From assembly GCA_964016885.1 (NCBI GenBank), contig OZ024751.1:14198001-14262000 (forward strand): a stretch of 64,000 nucleotides of DNA, given 5' to 3'. How positions within the stretch are numbered: the stretch's first letter is position 1; each line of letters opens with the position of its first letter. This document shows, one piece after another, positions 43,770 to 56,629 of the stretch. Source of the stretch: Eledone cirrhosa (lineage: Eukaryota). Made by a program: the position numbers and the translations under genes. The notes under the pieces are model-generated. The model ran no database searches. It was not told the DNA's origin and saw only the letters and a list, made by a program, of their open reading frames with translations.

Positions 43770-44407
43770 CACATTGGGCTATTTCTAAACTGCTTGGAAA
43801 TGATATACCATCATATAAAATTCCCCATATTAAATTGATTTATATATACGTGTGTAATATATTATTTGCAACACAACAGAGCTACATCAAAGTTATGTAT
43901 TTTAACGTGAAGTTTTACTTTTACACGAGAAGAAACATTAATGATGGGTTAGGGATTCTGTTAAATAATTCTGTAAGCAGGGCCTCCAAGAGAAATTTTG
44001 CAATGCGGTACAAGACCCCTAGCAGGCAAAGATTTTTCTCAAAATGTATGCTGTGGGGCCTTCTTAGCTCTTGGACTCTGACAAAGTACCGGCTGGACCC
44101 CACTCTCATAGGCCCTATCTATGTGTCCTTTTGGCGCTTTTTCCCGGAGCCCCATAAAACTAAGAATAAATTAAATTCGGTGAATATCGAAAAGGAAAAA
44201 AGGATATGTCACTAAAAACAATTGTATTTTTTTTTTTTTTTTTACAGTGGAAGTCGAGAGTTGTTCAGACATACAACTGTTAATTCCATATTACATTTAT
44301 ATATTTATATATATATTTTTATAAATATATATATATATTAATTAAAATATATTTATCCTTATCGAGCCCTCTTTGGATTTTAGTCTTCAAATTTATTATT
44401 ATTACTA

Positions 44408-44440
<33 letters not shown>

Positions 44441-44446
<6 letters not shown>

Positions 44447-44700
44447 AAATTTCGCTCTACATGGCTGAATACAATAAATGTAATCCGAGGTTTTCGAATA
44501 TTAATAACAACATTCGATTCGTTTCCAATTATGCAAACAAGCCTCAATTTTATAGCCATGTCAGTAGAATGAACCCTTCATTCTTGCTCAGGGCAAGAAT
44601 GAACGACTCATTCTACTGACATGGCTATCAAATTGAGGCTTGTTTGCATAATTGCAAACGAATTGTTATTAATATTCGAAAAACTCAGATTACATTTATT
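44441..44700. mobile_element. Foldback of the 17041 family, truncated before the hammerhead
   Basis: Arms 44473-44587 and 44593-44700 in (TA)n. Confidence 0.8.
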
Positions 44701-44869
44701 ATATATATATATATATATATAGCAAATAGATATTTAATTTGCTGGTAATTCAACAAGTTTATTTATATCAGTTTCGAAGCACTCGACAAGTTTCCTGGAG
44801 TATAATATCAATGATATTAATAAATGGAAACTATATTTATAAAACCATATTTATCTACTTATATATATA

Positions 44870-45360
44870 ACCAGCAATTTCTCTGTCTGTCGGTCCGACA
44901 GTGGAAACACGTGCGTAGAGAGAGAGTGAAAGAAAGAGACAGACTACGAGAGGAGGATAGCGGGAGGGAGAGAGAGAGAGAGTGAATAGACGCTAAAACA
45001 CGTGCTACAGAAACATTACTTTCCCCTCTCCACTGACTTTGGTCACTGAGGCCGAGGGAATCGCGCTGAGCGCGTCATAATGACGTAATGCAGACAGCCA
45101 GACATACAGACAGATATTATAAGGGCGCAACGTTATATCTATGTATCTATCTAAAAAGAAAGACTAAGAATTATATAGAGAGAACGCTAAATCGCCTAAT
45201 GCGAACCCTAAGGCATTGAAAATTTGAAATAATTTTTGCTCAAAACACTCACAGGACCATAAGTATTACATGTCTAAAGTTTGAAAACAATCGGTTGGAT
45301 GGTTCTCAAGTTTTAGTGAGCTTACAGACAGACAGACATTCTCTGTTTTAGATATATAGA
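44870..45360 (-). mobile_element. Helitron-like element (partial), divergent from 45398-46310
   Basis: Minus-strand start TCTATATATCTAAAAC; homologous to 545-810. Confidence 0.65.
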
Positions 45361-45397
45361 CTAGCAGAAAACCGCCCAACTGGTGGTTTTCTGCTAG

Positions 45398-46310
45398 TCT
45401 ATATATATAAGACTGAGGATGTCTGCCTGTGTGTGTGTGAGTTTGAATCCCTAAAACTCGAGAAACACTCAACCGACTGTTTTCAAACTTTACACATGTA
45501 ATACTTATGTTTCAGGGAGTGTTCTGAGCAAAAGAAATTTCAAATTTTCAATGCCCTAGGGACCGCATTAGGCGATTTAGCGATCTCTCTCTATAATTCT
45601 TAGTCTTTCTTTCTCTTTTTAAATAGATACATACATATAACGTCGCGCCCTTATAATATCTCTCTGTATGTCTGGCTTGCATTACGTCACTTCCCTGAGG
45701 ATGTCTGTGTGTGTGTCTGCGAGTTTGAATCCCTAAAACTCGAGAAATTCCCAACCGACTTTTTTCAAACTTTACATGCGTATTACTTATGTTTCAGGGA
45801 GTGTTATGCACATAAAATTCAACTTTTTTATCTCCTAGGGCCTGCCCGCATTAATTGAAAAACTGCGTTTTTTCAGGTTTTAGGGGTTTTTTGAAGCGTT
45901 ACGTCAGACCGATTTCCTTGAAATTGTAACTATGTATTAGTCAGTATCTTCTTCATACCACGAGCAAAGAAAATCCAACATTTTATGGCATAGGGCCCGC
46001 ATTAGGTGAAAAACTTCATTTTTTCAGCTTTTTAGGGCTTTTTTGAAGCGTTACGTCTAGCCGATTTTCCCGAAATTTCAAGGCATATTATGCACATTAA
46101 AAAAATTCATTTTCTTGATCCCCTGGGGCCCGCTTAGGTGAAAACTTGCATTTTTCCTGCTTCATCGAGTAAAATCTTAAAGATTATCCAGAGTATTCGG
46201 TTTATTTTCTTTACATATTGTCCAGGCATGCAGTTTTTCCACGATTAGGTCTGTTGGCGGTCCGCGTCCCAAAATACCTTATCCCGTGCAACGCCGAGTA
46301 CCACAGCTAG
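45398..46310 (+). mobile_element. Complete non-autonomous Helitron
   Basis: 5' TC(TATATATATAAG); 3' CCCGTGCAACGCCGAGTACCACAGCTAG followed by T; internal ~100-290 bp sub-repeats. Confidence 0.8.
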
Positions 46311-46382
46311 TATATAATAAAATAAATATGGTTTTATAAATATAGTTTCCATTTATTAATATCATTGATATATATATATATA

Positions 46383-46528
46383 TAACGGAGGTCTGGTAAG
46401 GAACCAGATGGACGCACCAGAGTACTCAATACTTAGGGTAGTAGAGTGGGTAATAGGAAAATGTTTAACCCCGACGGCAGAGCTCAAGCCGTTTCGACGG
46501 CTATTTCTGGACTCCAGAAATAGCCGTA
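46383..46528 (-). mobile_element. pLTR-like fragment with hammerhead stem II and GAAA but no CUGANGA
   Basis: Hairpin ACGGCTATTTCTGGA-C-TCCAGAAATAGCCGT next to GAAACGGC on the minus strand; GAGTACT tail; second copy at 7205-7357. Confidence 0.55.
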
Positions 46529-47278
46529 TATATATATATATATACACCCGAGTCTTCTTAAATTTATAATGTTATTTTTACAACTATGAATAAAAGGTAT
46601 ATATTCTATTTCATATGCTACATATTTTTATAACTACACTCGTCTCACGTTGGATGGAGATGAAATTAGTTTTACTGTAGGTTTTGGTGTCGGAAATTAA
46701 TTGTTTTCTAAGTAATTGGAGAAGGGAGGCACCCTTACAGTTTTCTTTACAATTATTATAATTACACTCGTCTCGCTTTAAATGGTGAAAGTGTTTTATC
46801 AACGAATCTGTGGAAAAACATAAAATTTTACTTCCAACGCGAGGCGGGTGTAATTATAAAAATGTAGCCATTGTATAACTTATGTTGAAGTGAATAAAGT
46901 TATAAAAATCAATGTCTTGGCAGGTTTGCTTAAAACATAGATCGAGAACTAAGATTAATTTTAAATTACTGCTGCTAATGATGATGATGATATTTTATTT
47001 GCCACTAATCAAATAAAACAAAGAGCAATAAACAATAAATATTACATAGAAATAAGAGGGAAATAAAATTCCTATGTTGGAAAAAGACAATTAAATGTTT
47101 ATATCTTTGCCAATCACTTAAGCTAAAATTGTTTGTGCAACGGTATAGAAATGACCGTTAATATGACCAGATTAATATATTACAAATTTGAGAGAGAGAG
47201 AGAGAGCGCGTGCGCGTGCGTGTGTGTGTAATATTAAATTCAAATATTAATAAAATATATGTTCTTGTGATCAATTAA

Positions 47279-47344
47279 ATTTTATTATACATATTTCAGA
47301 GGTACGTGAATCAGGTTCAACAGTACGTCCTCATCAGATAAAAT
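47279..47344 (-). ncRNA. Minimal hammerhead ribozyme
   Basis: Antisense-arm copy of 47451-47516. Confidence 0.75.
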
Positions 47345-47450
47345 AAAATGATACATGACATACCCTGAGATGTTAGATGGTTAAGATTTAATCACTACCT
47401 TGATTAAATCTTAACCATCTAACATCTCAGGGTATGTCATGTGTCATTTT

Positions 47451-47516
47451 ATTTTATCTGATGAGGACGTACTGTTGAACCTGATTCACGTACCTCTGAA
47501 ATATGTATAATAAAAT
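47451..47516 (+). ncRNA. Minimal hammerhead ribozyme
   Basis: AUUUUAU-CUGAUGA-ggacguac-uguugaaccugauucac-guaccucu-GAAA-UAUGUA-UA^AUAAAAU. Confidence 0.75.
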
Positions 47517-48240
47517 TTAATTGATCACAAGAACATCTATTATATTAATAACTCTGGAAAACATTTTTCTTGTTGAGTGCTTCCAATCTACTGTAAAACT
47601 CATTCTTTGATGTACTCATTGAATCTTGTTTAACTCTTTAATATATATATATAAAGGAAAAGATAAATTTGGAAGTATTAAATGTATATATGATTAATTT
47701 AATTGTGAGTGAAAAATACGTCTTAGAGGATATTTATTTAGTTTAATGGTGTAATAAAACAATAGGGAATTTATTGAGTAATGTTTTAATAAAATTAAAA
47801 GGAGCGCTAATATGTATTTACGTGGACATGTGTAATTATGGTGTCTTAAAGGGATTTAGTCGATCATATTCGACCAGGATGCTTACTTATTTCAACGTCT
47901 GCTACTTATTTCATCGATCTCTTATAATCGAACTGCTACGTAGGCAACATAACTAAAGAGTAAACAAAAACATAGACACACCACAGGGCCTATGAGAGGG
48001 GAATGTAGTCCAGTCGCTACTTTGTTCTGGAGCCCAAGAGCTAAGAAGGCCCCACAGCAACCATGCAACATCCATTTTGAGAAAAATATTTGCCTGCTTT
48101 GGGCCCCAAAGGGGTCTTGTATCGCCTTGAAACATTTTCTTGGAGGCCTTGCACACATATGCATATTTGCGAAAAAAATAACACAGGGGAACGATACAGT
48201 ACAATATATATATTAGTTTAACTCTGGATATAGTAGAATA

Positions 48241-48279
48241 GGCTTAACGTTTCAGACATCAGTCCTTCGTCAGAAAATT
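48241..48279 (-). ncRNA. Ultra-minimal hammerhead core
   Basis: CUGACGA-a-GGAC-ugau-GUCU-GAAACGUUA; stem I not convincing. Confidence 0.45.
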
Positions 48280-48342
48280 GAGAAAGAAATAAAAGAAATA
48301 GAAAGATAGAGAGTAAGAAGAAAACAATACTGTGAAGAAAAT

Positions 48343-49280
48343 AATGATTGTTTCTACTTTTGGCACAAGGCCAGCAAATATCCCCAGCACATTACTGGTA
48401 CTTTATTTTATCGAACTCGTAAGGATGAAAGGCAAAGTTAACCGCGGCGGGATTTGAACTAGGAACGTAAAGGGCCATAACTTTATACTGCAAAGTATGG
48501 TGTCTGACGCTCTACCGATACTGAGTAATGGTTTCTGATTTAGGCACGAGGTCAATCATTTTAGGGAGAGGGGGATGTCGATTATATCGACCCCAGTGTG
48601 TTATTGGTACTTTATTTTATCGATCAGGATGAAAGGCAAAGCTAACCTCGGTGAGATTTCAACTCAGAACGTAAAGGGCCGTAACTACATGCCGCAAAGC
48701 ATGTCCGACGCTCTATCGATTACTGCCAATCCACCTCCCTAGTAATTATTATTGTTACTATAGGCACAAGGCTAACGATTTGGGGGGAGGGGAAAGTCAA
48801 TTAAATCGACCCCAGTACGTTACTGGTACTTTATTTTATCAACCCTGTCAGTACGAAAGAAAAAGCTAACCTTGGCGGGATTTGAACTCAGTCAACCATA
48901 ATAATAATGGTTTTTGATTTAGGCAGAAGGTCAACAATTTTGGAGGGAGAGGTAAGTTGATTAAATCGCATCCAGTGCATTACTGGTACTTTATTTTATC
49001 GACCCTGTCAGGATGACAGCAAAGCTAACTTTGGAGGGATTTGTACATAGAATGTATAAAGGGGCCGTAACTACATGCCGCAAAGCATGTCCGACGCTCT
49101 ACCTATACTACCAATCCACTGCCCTAATAATTGTAATTGCTAGTGTAGTAGGCACAAGGCCAGTAATCTTTTTGTGGTGGGGGCTTAGGTACCTGATTAA
49201 ACCGACCCCAGTACATCACTGGTACTACTATTTTATCAAGCCCAAAATTATGAAAAGCAAAGTTGACATCAGAATGTAAA
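48343..49280 (-). mobile_element. Tandem array of ~5 Deu/Nin-like SINE copies
   Basis: Repeated TGGTACTTTATTTTATC...GGATGAAAGGCAAAG...TTTGAACT. Units start at ~48343, 48526, 48750, 48903 and 49130. Confidence 0.85.
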
Positions 49281-49774
49281 AAGCCAGAATAAGAACTGGT
49301 GGTGGTAGTAGTAGTAGTGCTGGGCGAGGTGGAGTGATGGTGGTGGTGGTGGTGGTGGTGGATGGTGTATGCAGTGTAAACACAATCCATTTACATTTTT
49401 TAGATGGTTTGACTTCCAGAAGAAAAGAGTTCTTAAGTAGAAACTCAACTTGTTAACATTTCATTCATCTCTATTGTGTTAACTGAAATCATATGAAGTT
49501 TCTGTCCCATATAATTACTTCCATACAGTGTCATATTCCCCCGATTTATAGTCAAATGTATTTTATGACAATGTAGCTTATATCTCAATTGAAAACAAAC
49601 TTTTTATCTCAGCACACAAACAATTTACTATATCTATTGTCTGTGTGTTTGTATATGTGGATGTGTGAACTGTACGGTAATGAAATATGGACAATGAATT
49701 TTAGAGAGTGGTGTGGCGTGTGTGTGTGCAAGGTGCGTGATGCTATGTGGTAGTAAAACATGGATAGTGAGTAT

Positions 49775-51125
49775 ACATTCCACTATATACACTGTCATGT
49801 TACACTACCACACACAGTCCACTATATACACTGTCATGTTGCACTACCACATGCAGTTTTCTATATACACTGTCCATGTTACACAACCACATATCACAAA
49901 CACTCTTCTATACACTCTGTCCATGTTACACTACCACATACAATCCTCTATATACACTGTCATGTTACACTACCACACACAGTCCATTATATACACTGGC
50001 CATGTTACACTACCACACACAGTCCTCTATATACACTGCCCATGTTACACTACCATACACAGTCCTCTATATACACTGCCATGTTACACTACCACACACA
50101 GACCACTATATACACTGTCCATGTTACACTACCACATACAGTCCACAATATACACTGTCATGTTACACTGTCATGTTACACTACCACATACAGTCCACAA
50201 TATACACTGCCATGTTACACTACCACACACAGCCATCTATATACACTGTCATGTTACACTACCACATACGGTCCACTATATACACTGGCATGTTACACTA
50301 CCATACACTGTCATGTTACACTACCACATACAGGCCACTATATACACTGCCATGTTACACTACTACATACAGTCCTCTATATACACTGTCATGTAACACT
50401 ACCACACACCACATACAGTCCTCTATATACACTGCCATGTTACTCAGTCCTCTATATACACTGTCATGTTACTCAGTCCTCTATATACACTGTCATGTTA
50501 CTCAGTCCTCTATATACACTGTCATGTTACTCAGTCCTCTATATACACTGTCATGTTACACTACCACACACAGTCCTCTATTTACACTGTCATGTTACAC
50601 TACCACACAGTCCTCTATATACACTGTCATGTTACACTACCACACAGTCCTCTATATACACTGTCCATGTCACACTACTACACAGACCTCTATATACACT
50701 GCCATGTTACACTACTACATACAGACCTCTATATACACTGTCATGTTACACTACTACATACAGACCTCTATATACACTGCCATGTTACACTACTACATAC
50801 AGACCTCTATATACACTGTCATGTTACACTACTACATACAGACCTCTATATACACTGTCATGTTACACTACTACATACAGACCTCTATATACACTGCCAT
50901 GTTACTCTACCACACACAGTCCTCTATATACACTGTCCATGTTACACTACCACATACAGTCCTCTATATACACTGTCCATGTAACACTACCACACACAGT
51001 CCGCTAATACACTGCCATGTTACACTACCACATACAGTCCTCTATATACACTGTCCATGTTACACTACCACACACAGTCCTCTATATACACTGTCCATGT
51101 TACACTACCACACACTACATACAGT
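49775..51125. repeat. ~39-40 bp minisatellite (resumes at 52348-52455)
   Basis: TACACTGTCATGTTACACTACCACATACAGTCCTCTATA units, with shorter deleted variants. Confidence 0.9.
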
Positions 51126-51126
51126 C

Positions 51127-52348
51127 ATCTAAAAAATTGGTTTGGTTTTCCTAGTGAAAATTAGTTTTAAACCCAAAGCAATTTATTCAATCAATGATAT
51201 ATTTGCCATCTTCTAGGTAGATCCATTATGCCTTGTTCAAAGAATTTCCTGTCTTTACTGGAAGAAGAACCCTTCCAACTGAATTTTCACATCTAAAGAA
51301 TTAAAGGTCTGCCTATTCAAAGAATTTTGAAGAGACCGATACAGGTGGAAATCTGAAGGAGCAAGGTCGGAGTACTATGGGGGGTGAGGTAAAACTCCCC
51401 AGTCTGCAGCATCTGCAAGGAAGTGCGGGGTCTGGCATTGTCTTGATGAAAAACAATTCTCTTTCGATTAGCAAATTCTTGATGCTTCTGGCAGATTGCT
51501 TCGTTTAATTTATCCAGTTGTTTTCAGTATACATCCAAATTGATGGTCCTGTTTGTGGGAAGAAGCTCGAAAAAGACAACACCCTTCCAATCCCACTAAA
51601 TTGAAAGCATAATATTCTTTGGGTGAAGTTCTGCTTTGGACTTGTTTCTGGTGGTTCTTGGCGCTTCCCCCAAGATCGTTTTCACTTCACATTGTTATAG
51701 ACGATCCATTTTTCTTCTCCAGTTAGCATTTTCTTCAAAAAGGGATTGTTTTCTTCACGTTTAAGTAAGGAATCACAGATAGAAAACCGTTGTGTGAGGT
51801 TGGCTTCATTCAATTCATGGGGAACCCAAATATCAAGCCTACTGATGTAACCAAGTTAATGCAGATGCTTTTCAACTTGATTTGGATATCTGGAGAATAT
51901 CTGTGATCTCCCTGGTTGTAATACGGGAGTTGTTGTCGACTTACTCCTTCACTTGGGTCCTGTTAACCGCAGTTGGCCATCCAAAGCGAGGTGCAACTTG
52001 AATCGAAAAATTTCCAGATCGAAACCTTGGAAACCACTTCTGGCATACACTTTCTGTAACAGCATCTTCTCCATACAGAGCACATATGTTCCTGCAAGTT
52101 TCTGACACTTTCTTACCTTCTTTAAAACAAAAAAAGCATGATGTGTTGATAATGTTCATTTTGGTTCTCCATTTTGAGAATTAAGATAAGCACACAAAAT
52201 ACAACCAATCTCGTCAGAGTTTCACTATGAACTACTTTGAAGTATTAAGTATCGAACCAGTTGATACTCAAAGTAAAGTTAGCAACTATGAGAGCGCCTG
52301 AAGTTTAGTATTGGCAAAAGATGAACAGAGTTTTGGGCCAACCCAATA
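51127..52348 (-). mobile_element. Mariner transposon, near full length, pseudogenised
   Basis: Terminus TATTGGGTTGGCCCAAAA. HTH region ICALYGEDAVTESVCQKWF-x-RFRSGNF; WIVYNNVK, HQDNARP and DLAPSDFHLYRSLQNSL motifs. Confidence 0.9.
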
Positions 52349-52464
52349 CACTGTCCATGTTACATTACCATACACAGTCCTCTATATACACTGTCAATGT
52401 TACACTACCATACAGAGTCGTCTATATACACTGTCAATGTTACACTACCACAAGTTATTTATAT

Positions 52465-52649
52465 CAGGCATGTCAAACTGAGGGTTCTCCAAGGGCCACA
52501 TGAGTCACATATGTGTTGTCTGAGGGCCACTCACATACAACTAATTTTTTTTAAATTTCATATTACGAAGATAAAGCATGTTCACGCTATAAAAACCTTT
52601 GTGCAGGCCGCAGGTGTGCTTGTAAAGGGCCACATGTTTAACATGTCTG
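52465..52649. mobile_element. hAT (Charlie-like) MITE
   Basis: TIRs CAGGCATGTCAAAC / GTTTAACATGTCTG; 8-bp TSD ATTTATAT / ATTTATAC. Confidence 0.75.
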
Positions 52650-52762
52650 ATTTATACAATAGCTCCTGTCATACACTGTTTCACACTTATAAGAAGACAC
52701 TAAAAGATCACCTCAAATATCCTCACTTGGCAGCAAGACTAGAAATAAGAGAAAGTGATTAA

Positions 52763-53665
52763 ATGGTGGTGATGTTGGTTGTAGTGGCAGTGGTGGTGAT
52801 GGTAGTGGCTGTGGTGGTGGTGGTAGTAGTGGCAGTGGTGGTGATGGTAGTGGCTGTGGTGGTGGTGGTAGTAGTGGCAGTGATGGTGATGGTAGTGGCA
52901 GTGGTGGTGATGGTAGTGGCAGTGGTGGTGATGGTAGTGTTGATGGTGCTTGTACTGGCTGTGATGGTGGTTGTATTGGCCATAATGGTAGTGATGATGG
53001 TGCTTGTACTGGCCATAATGGTAGTGATGATGGTGCTTGTACAGGCCATAATGGTAGTGATGATGGTGCTTGTACAGGCCATAATGGTAGTGATGATGGT
53101 GCTTGTACAGGCCATAATGGTAGTGATGATGGTGCTTGTACAGGCCATAATGGTAGTGATGATGGTGCTTGTACAGGCCATAATGGTAGTGATGATGGTG
53201 CTTGTACAGGCCATAATGGTAGTGATGATGGTGCTTGTACAGGCCATAATGGTAGTGATGATGGTGCTTGTACAGGCCATAATGGTAGTGATGATGGTGC
53301 TTGTACAGGCCATAATGGTAGTGATGATGGTGCTTGTACAGGCCATAATGGTAGTGATGATGGTGCTTGTACAGGCCATAATGGTAGTGATGATGGTGCT
53401 TGTACAGGCCATAATGGTAGTGATGATGGTGCTTGTACAGGCCATAATGGTAGTGATGATGGTGCTTGTACAGGCCATAATGGTAGTGATGATGGTGCTT
53501 GTACAGGCCATAATGGTAGTGATGATGGTGCTTGTACAGGCCATAATGGTAGTGATGATGGTGCTTGTACAGGCCATAATGGTAGTGATGATGGTGCTTG
53601 TACTGGCCATAATGGTAGTGATGATGGTGCTTGTACAGGCCATGGTGATGGCGACGGTGGCAGTG
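52763..53665. repeat. (GGT)-rich repeat plus 33-bp minisatellite (~20 copies)
   Basis: GGCCATAATGGTAGTGATGATGGTGCTTGTACA. Confidence 0.95.
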
Positions 53666-53980
53666 AACTACTAGCATTAATTGTAAAGTATTTTAATAAA
53701 GTGGTGTTTATCTTAACATGACTGAGTGGTTAAGCAGTTTGTTTTACAACGATGAGGTCTTAGGTTCAATCCCACTACATGACACCTTCAACAAGTGTCT
53801 TTACCATAGCCTCTGAGATTGAAACTAGATTGATAGAAACTGTGTAAAAGCCCTACAGATGGGTACACGTGTCTGTGGAATACTCAACCACTTACAATAT
53901 AATACAAGATATGTTGTACCTGTAATTCAATAGTCCAGCTTTGTCACATTGTGTCACACTGGTTTAGCTTGGGAATTACA

Positions 53981-54327
53981 TTAAAACCTTTAGCATTTCA
54001 ACCCACCATATCTGGCCAGAATTTTCTCACCTATTTCTGATCAAACTGACTGTAAACAGTCACTCATACTCATGTTAAGGTATTGTTCTCAAAATAAACA
54101 GTATCAAAATCTCGTAGATTCGATATTATGTGAGATAATTATGTGAAATAAAGTGTTTACTGTGAAAATACAATAGTATATATATAGAGTAATGTAAATA
54201 CTAAAGGGTTATGGTATTGTTCTCAAAATAAATAACATTATCAAAATCTCATATATTATGTGAGATAAAGCCTTTACCCTGAAAATATAATAGTAAATAT
54301 AGAATAATGTAAATACTAAAGGGTTAA
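53981..54327. mobile_element. TTAA-flanked piggyBac-like MITE with internal duplication
   Basis: TTAA-AACCTTTAGCATT...TAAAGGG-TTAA. Other copies at 61490-61712 and 61817-62032. Confidence 0.65.
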
Positions 54328-55359
54328 AGGTACAAATGTCTGTAGAATACTCAACCACTTACACTTTAATTCGGGAGCTTAATAAATTTGTTAAATACAA
54401 CAGTAATCAGGGTGTGGTTATGTCCCATCATTGTTGTTTAACCATAGGTCAGTCCTGACCCCAGTTGGCAAATTGGTAGAGTCGTTAGAACACCAGATAG
54501 AATGCTTTGCGGTATTTATTTCAGCTCTCTGTTCTGAGTTCAAATCCCACTGAGGTCAGCTTGGCCTTTCATCAATTCGAGGTTGTTAAAAAATGTACCA
54601 GTCTAGTACTGGGGTCGATTCTTCCTCTATATCTCCCTCATCTTTCTCTGGAAGAAATCTGCTGAATTCAGACCTGGAGAGGATTGGGCTCCGACAGGTT
54701 TTAAAATGCCCTAGAAACACTATGGCACCCCTACACCCCCTCAGGAGTTGCCAGTCAATGCATGCAGTCATCTGATGAAATACCATCCCATCTATTTTTC
54801 AGATATGTTTCTAGGACATCATCATCATCATCATCATTAAACATTCGGTTTCCTTGTTTATTAACCTTAAGTCATATGATCAAAGGTGGCTCAGCAGTCA
54901 TATGATCAAAGGTGTTCTAACTATGACCATCCCATCTATTGCTCAGATATAATGTATCTAGGACTACATTATATGATATAAAGTATAATAGTTAGTATTA
55001 GTAGCTTTAGTGGTTTTTGTTGAACCTTAGGTCAATCCTGGTTCAGCAGTCAAGTATTCCTTTTGTTCAGATCTAGTGTATCTAGGACATCATCATCATC
55101 GTCAAGATTTAACGTTTGTTTTCCTTGATATTTTTGTTGTTGTTTAGCCCTTGGTCAATTTCTGATCTAGCAGATCTCTGAACAAATGTGTTCCAGCTAT
55201 GACGATCCCATCTTTGGTTCAGGTAGAGTGTATCTAAGACTGCATGTATATAATGTGTACTTCTTTTTTTAAGACAGTAGGGTGTGATTTGAGGGAAATT
55301 TGGCTGCTATTTCAATGAGGTCAAATTTATATCTGGTTTTTAGGTGACGTTGAAATTAT

Positions 55360-56110
55360 ATTTTCTTCTTCGCACACTTATTCCTGAAAAGGTCGTAGGG
55401 GAAAGAGTCCTCAAAGGACTCCTTCCAGCCAGTTCTGTCAGAAGCAACCATCTCCAACTGATCCGGCTGGATCCCCAAGCGAGACCAGCCAAGCTCATGG
55501 ATGTTATCCAACCATCTTGCTCAGGGTATACCTGAGGGACTCCTACTGGTTGGTTTTGCCTGTAAAATCTGTCCAGCAATTCTTTCCTGGGACATTCTAA
55601 CCACATACCCATAGTATCAGAGTTATAATCTCTCAATTCGGAGAAGTAGCAGCTCTATCTGGAGTGATTCTCTGATCTTAGAGCTATGTACTCTGTTGAG
55701 TAACATTACTCCAAAGACCCTTTGGAGGAACCTAATTTCAGCTGCTTGTATTCACAATCATATTCTTTTGGTCATTACCCAAGATTCATGACCATAGGTA
55801 ACAGTTGGCATGAATACTAAATTAAAGATAGTGAGTTTGGCTTTTACATCTCCTTTCTGATTACCAAATGCTGAAGATGGCACATTATTACACCAGCTCC
55901 TGCAGTTCTTACACTTAATTCAGCCTCCTGCCTTCCATCAATCATGAATACAGCCCAGAGGTACTTGAACTTCTCTACCTGTTTCCAGTGGAACTGCACT
56001 CACATGAAAGTCCACTGCGCAGGTTTCTTTGAGAGGACGAGTGTCTCAGTTTTCGCAACACTAATTTTCATTCCAGCCATTCAGCACTTGGCATCACACT
56101 TATAATGTGC
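55360..56110 (-). mobile_element. RTE-clade LINE 3' fragment
   Basis: Minus-strand peptides QVEKFKYL, TYGHESWVMT, IQAAEIRFLQRVFGV and RMSQERIAGQILQAKP...RWLDNI. Confidence 0.8.
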
Positions 56111-56629
56111 AAGTCAGAGATCAATTTCTGATGATGATGATGAAGGTAAGGTTGATGATGATGATATTTAATGGTGGTGATCATGATGATATTGATAATG
56201 ATGATGGGGTGAAGGAAGTGTGTGTGTGGGGGGGGGGGGTTGTTACCATCCCCCCCTGTCATTCGTTACATCCGTGAGTCCCTTCAATCTGAAATCTAAC
56301 CACATTTCATTTCGTTTCCCTTCCTCTCCTTCCGACAAAGACTAAATTGTTCATAATTTGAAAGAAGACAAAGGCTGTGATTAGCCTCCTACACCCAACT
56401 ATCAATCAACCCCTTACTTCACCTGAACCCCAGGTGTAAAAGAATCAGATTCCTGATTGAGAGGAAGGCCAGACTGGTCCATACAGGATTGACATACAAT
56501 TACTAGGAAGTTGATAATAATAATTAGAGATAAAAGCCAGATAGCCTGGTGGGAGCTAGGAGTGGTCTGTTGTCTTTTGGTAATAATTTCACAAAAGTCT
56601 CCAGTTATTCTAGTCACGCATTACATACA

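Larger units (their letters stand above)
47230..47645. mobile_element. Foldback hammerhead element (arms 47246-47549, 6-nt loop)
   Basis: Near-perfect ~150-bp arms; GAGTGCT at 47575. Confidence 0.85.

Noticed and set aside
49713-51132. 227-418 aa His/Thr/Tyr-rich ORFs; superficially CRISPR-like periodicity
   Set aside because: Contiguous minisatellite units without unique spacers, units not frame-preserving, eukaryotic context with no cas genes.
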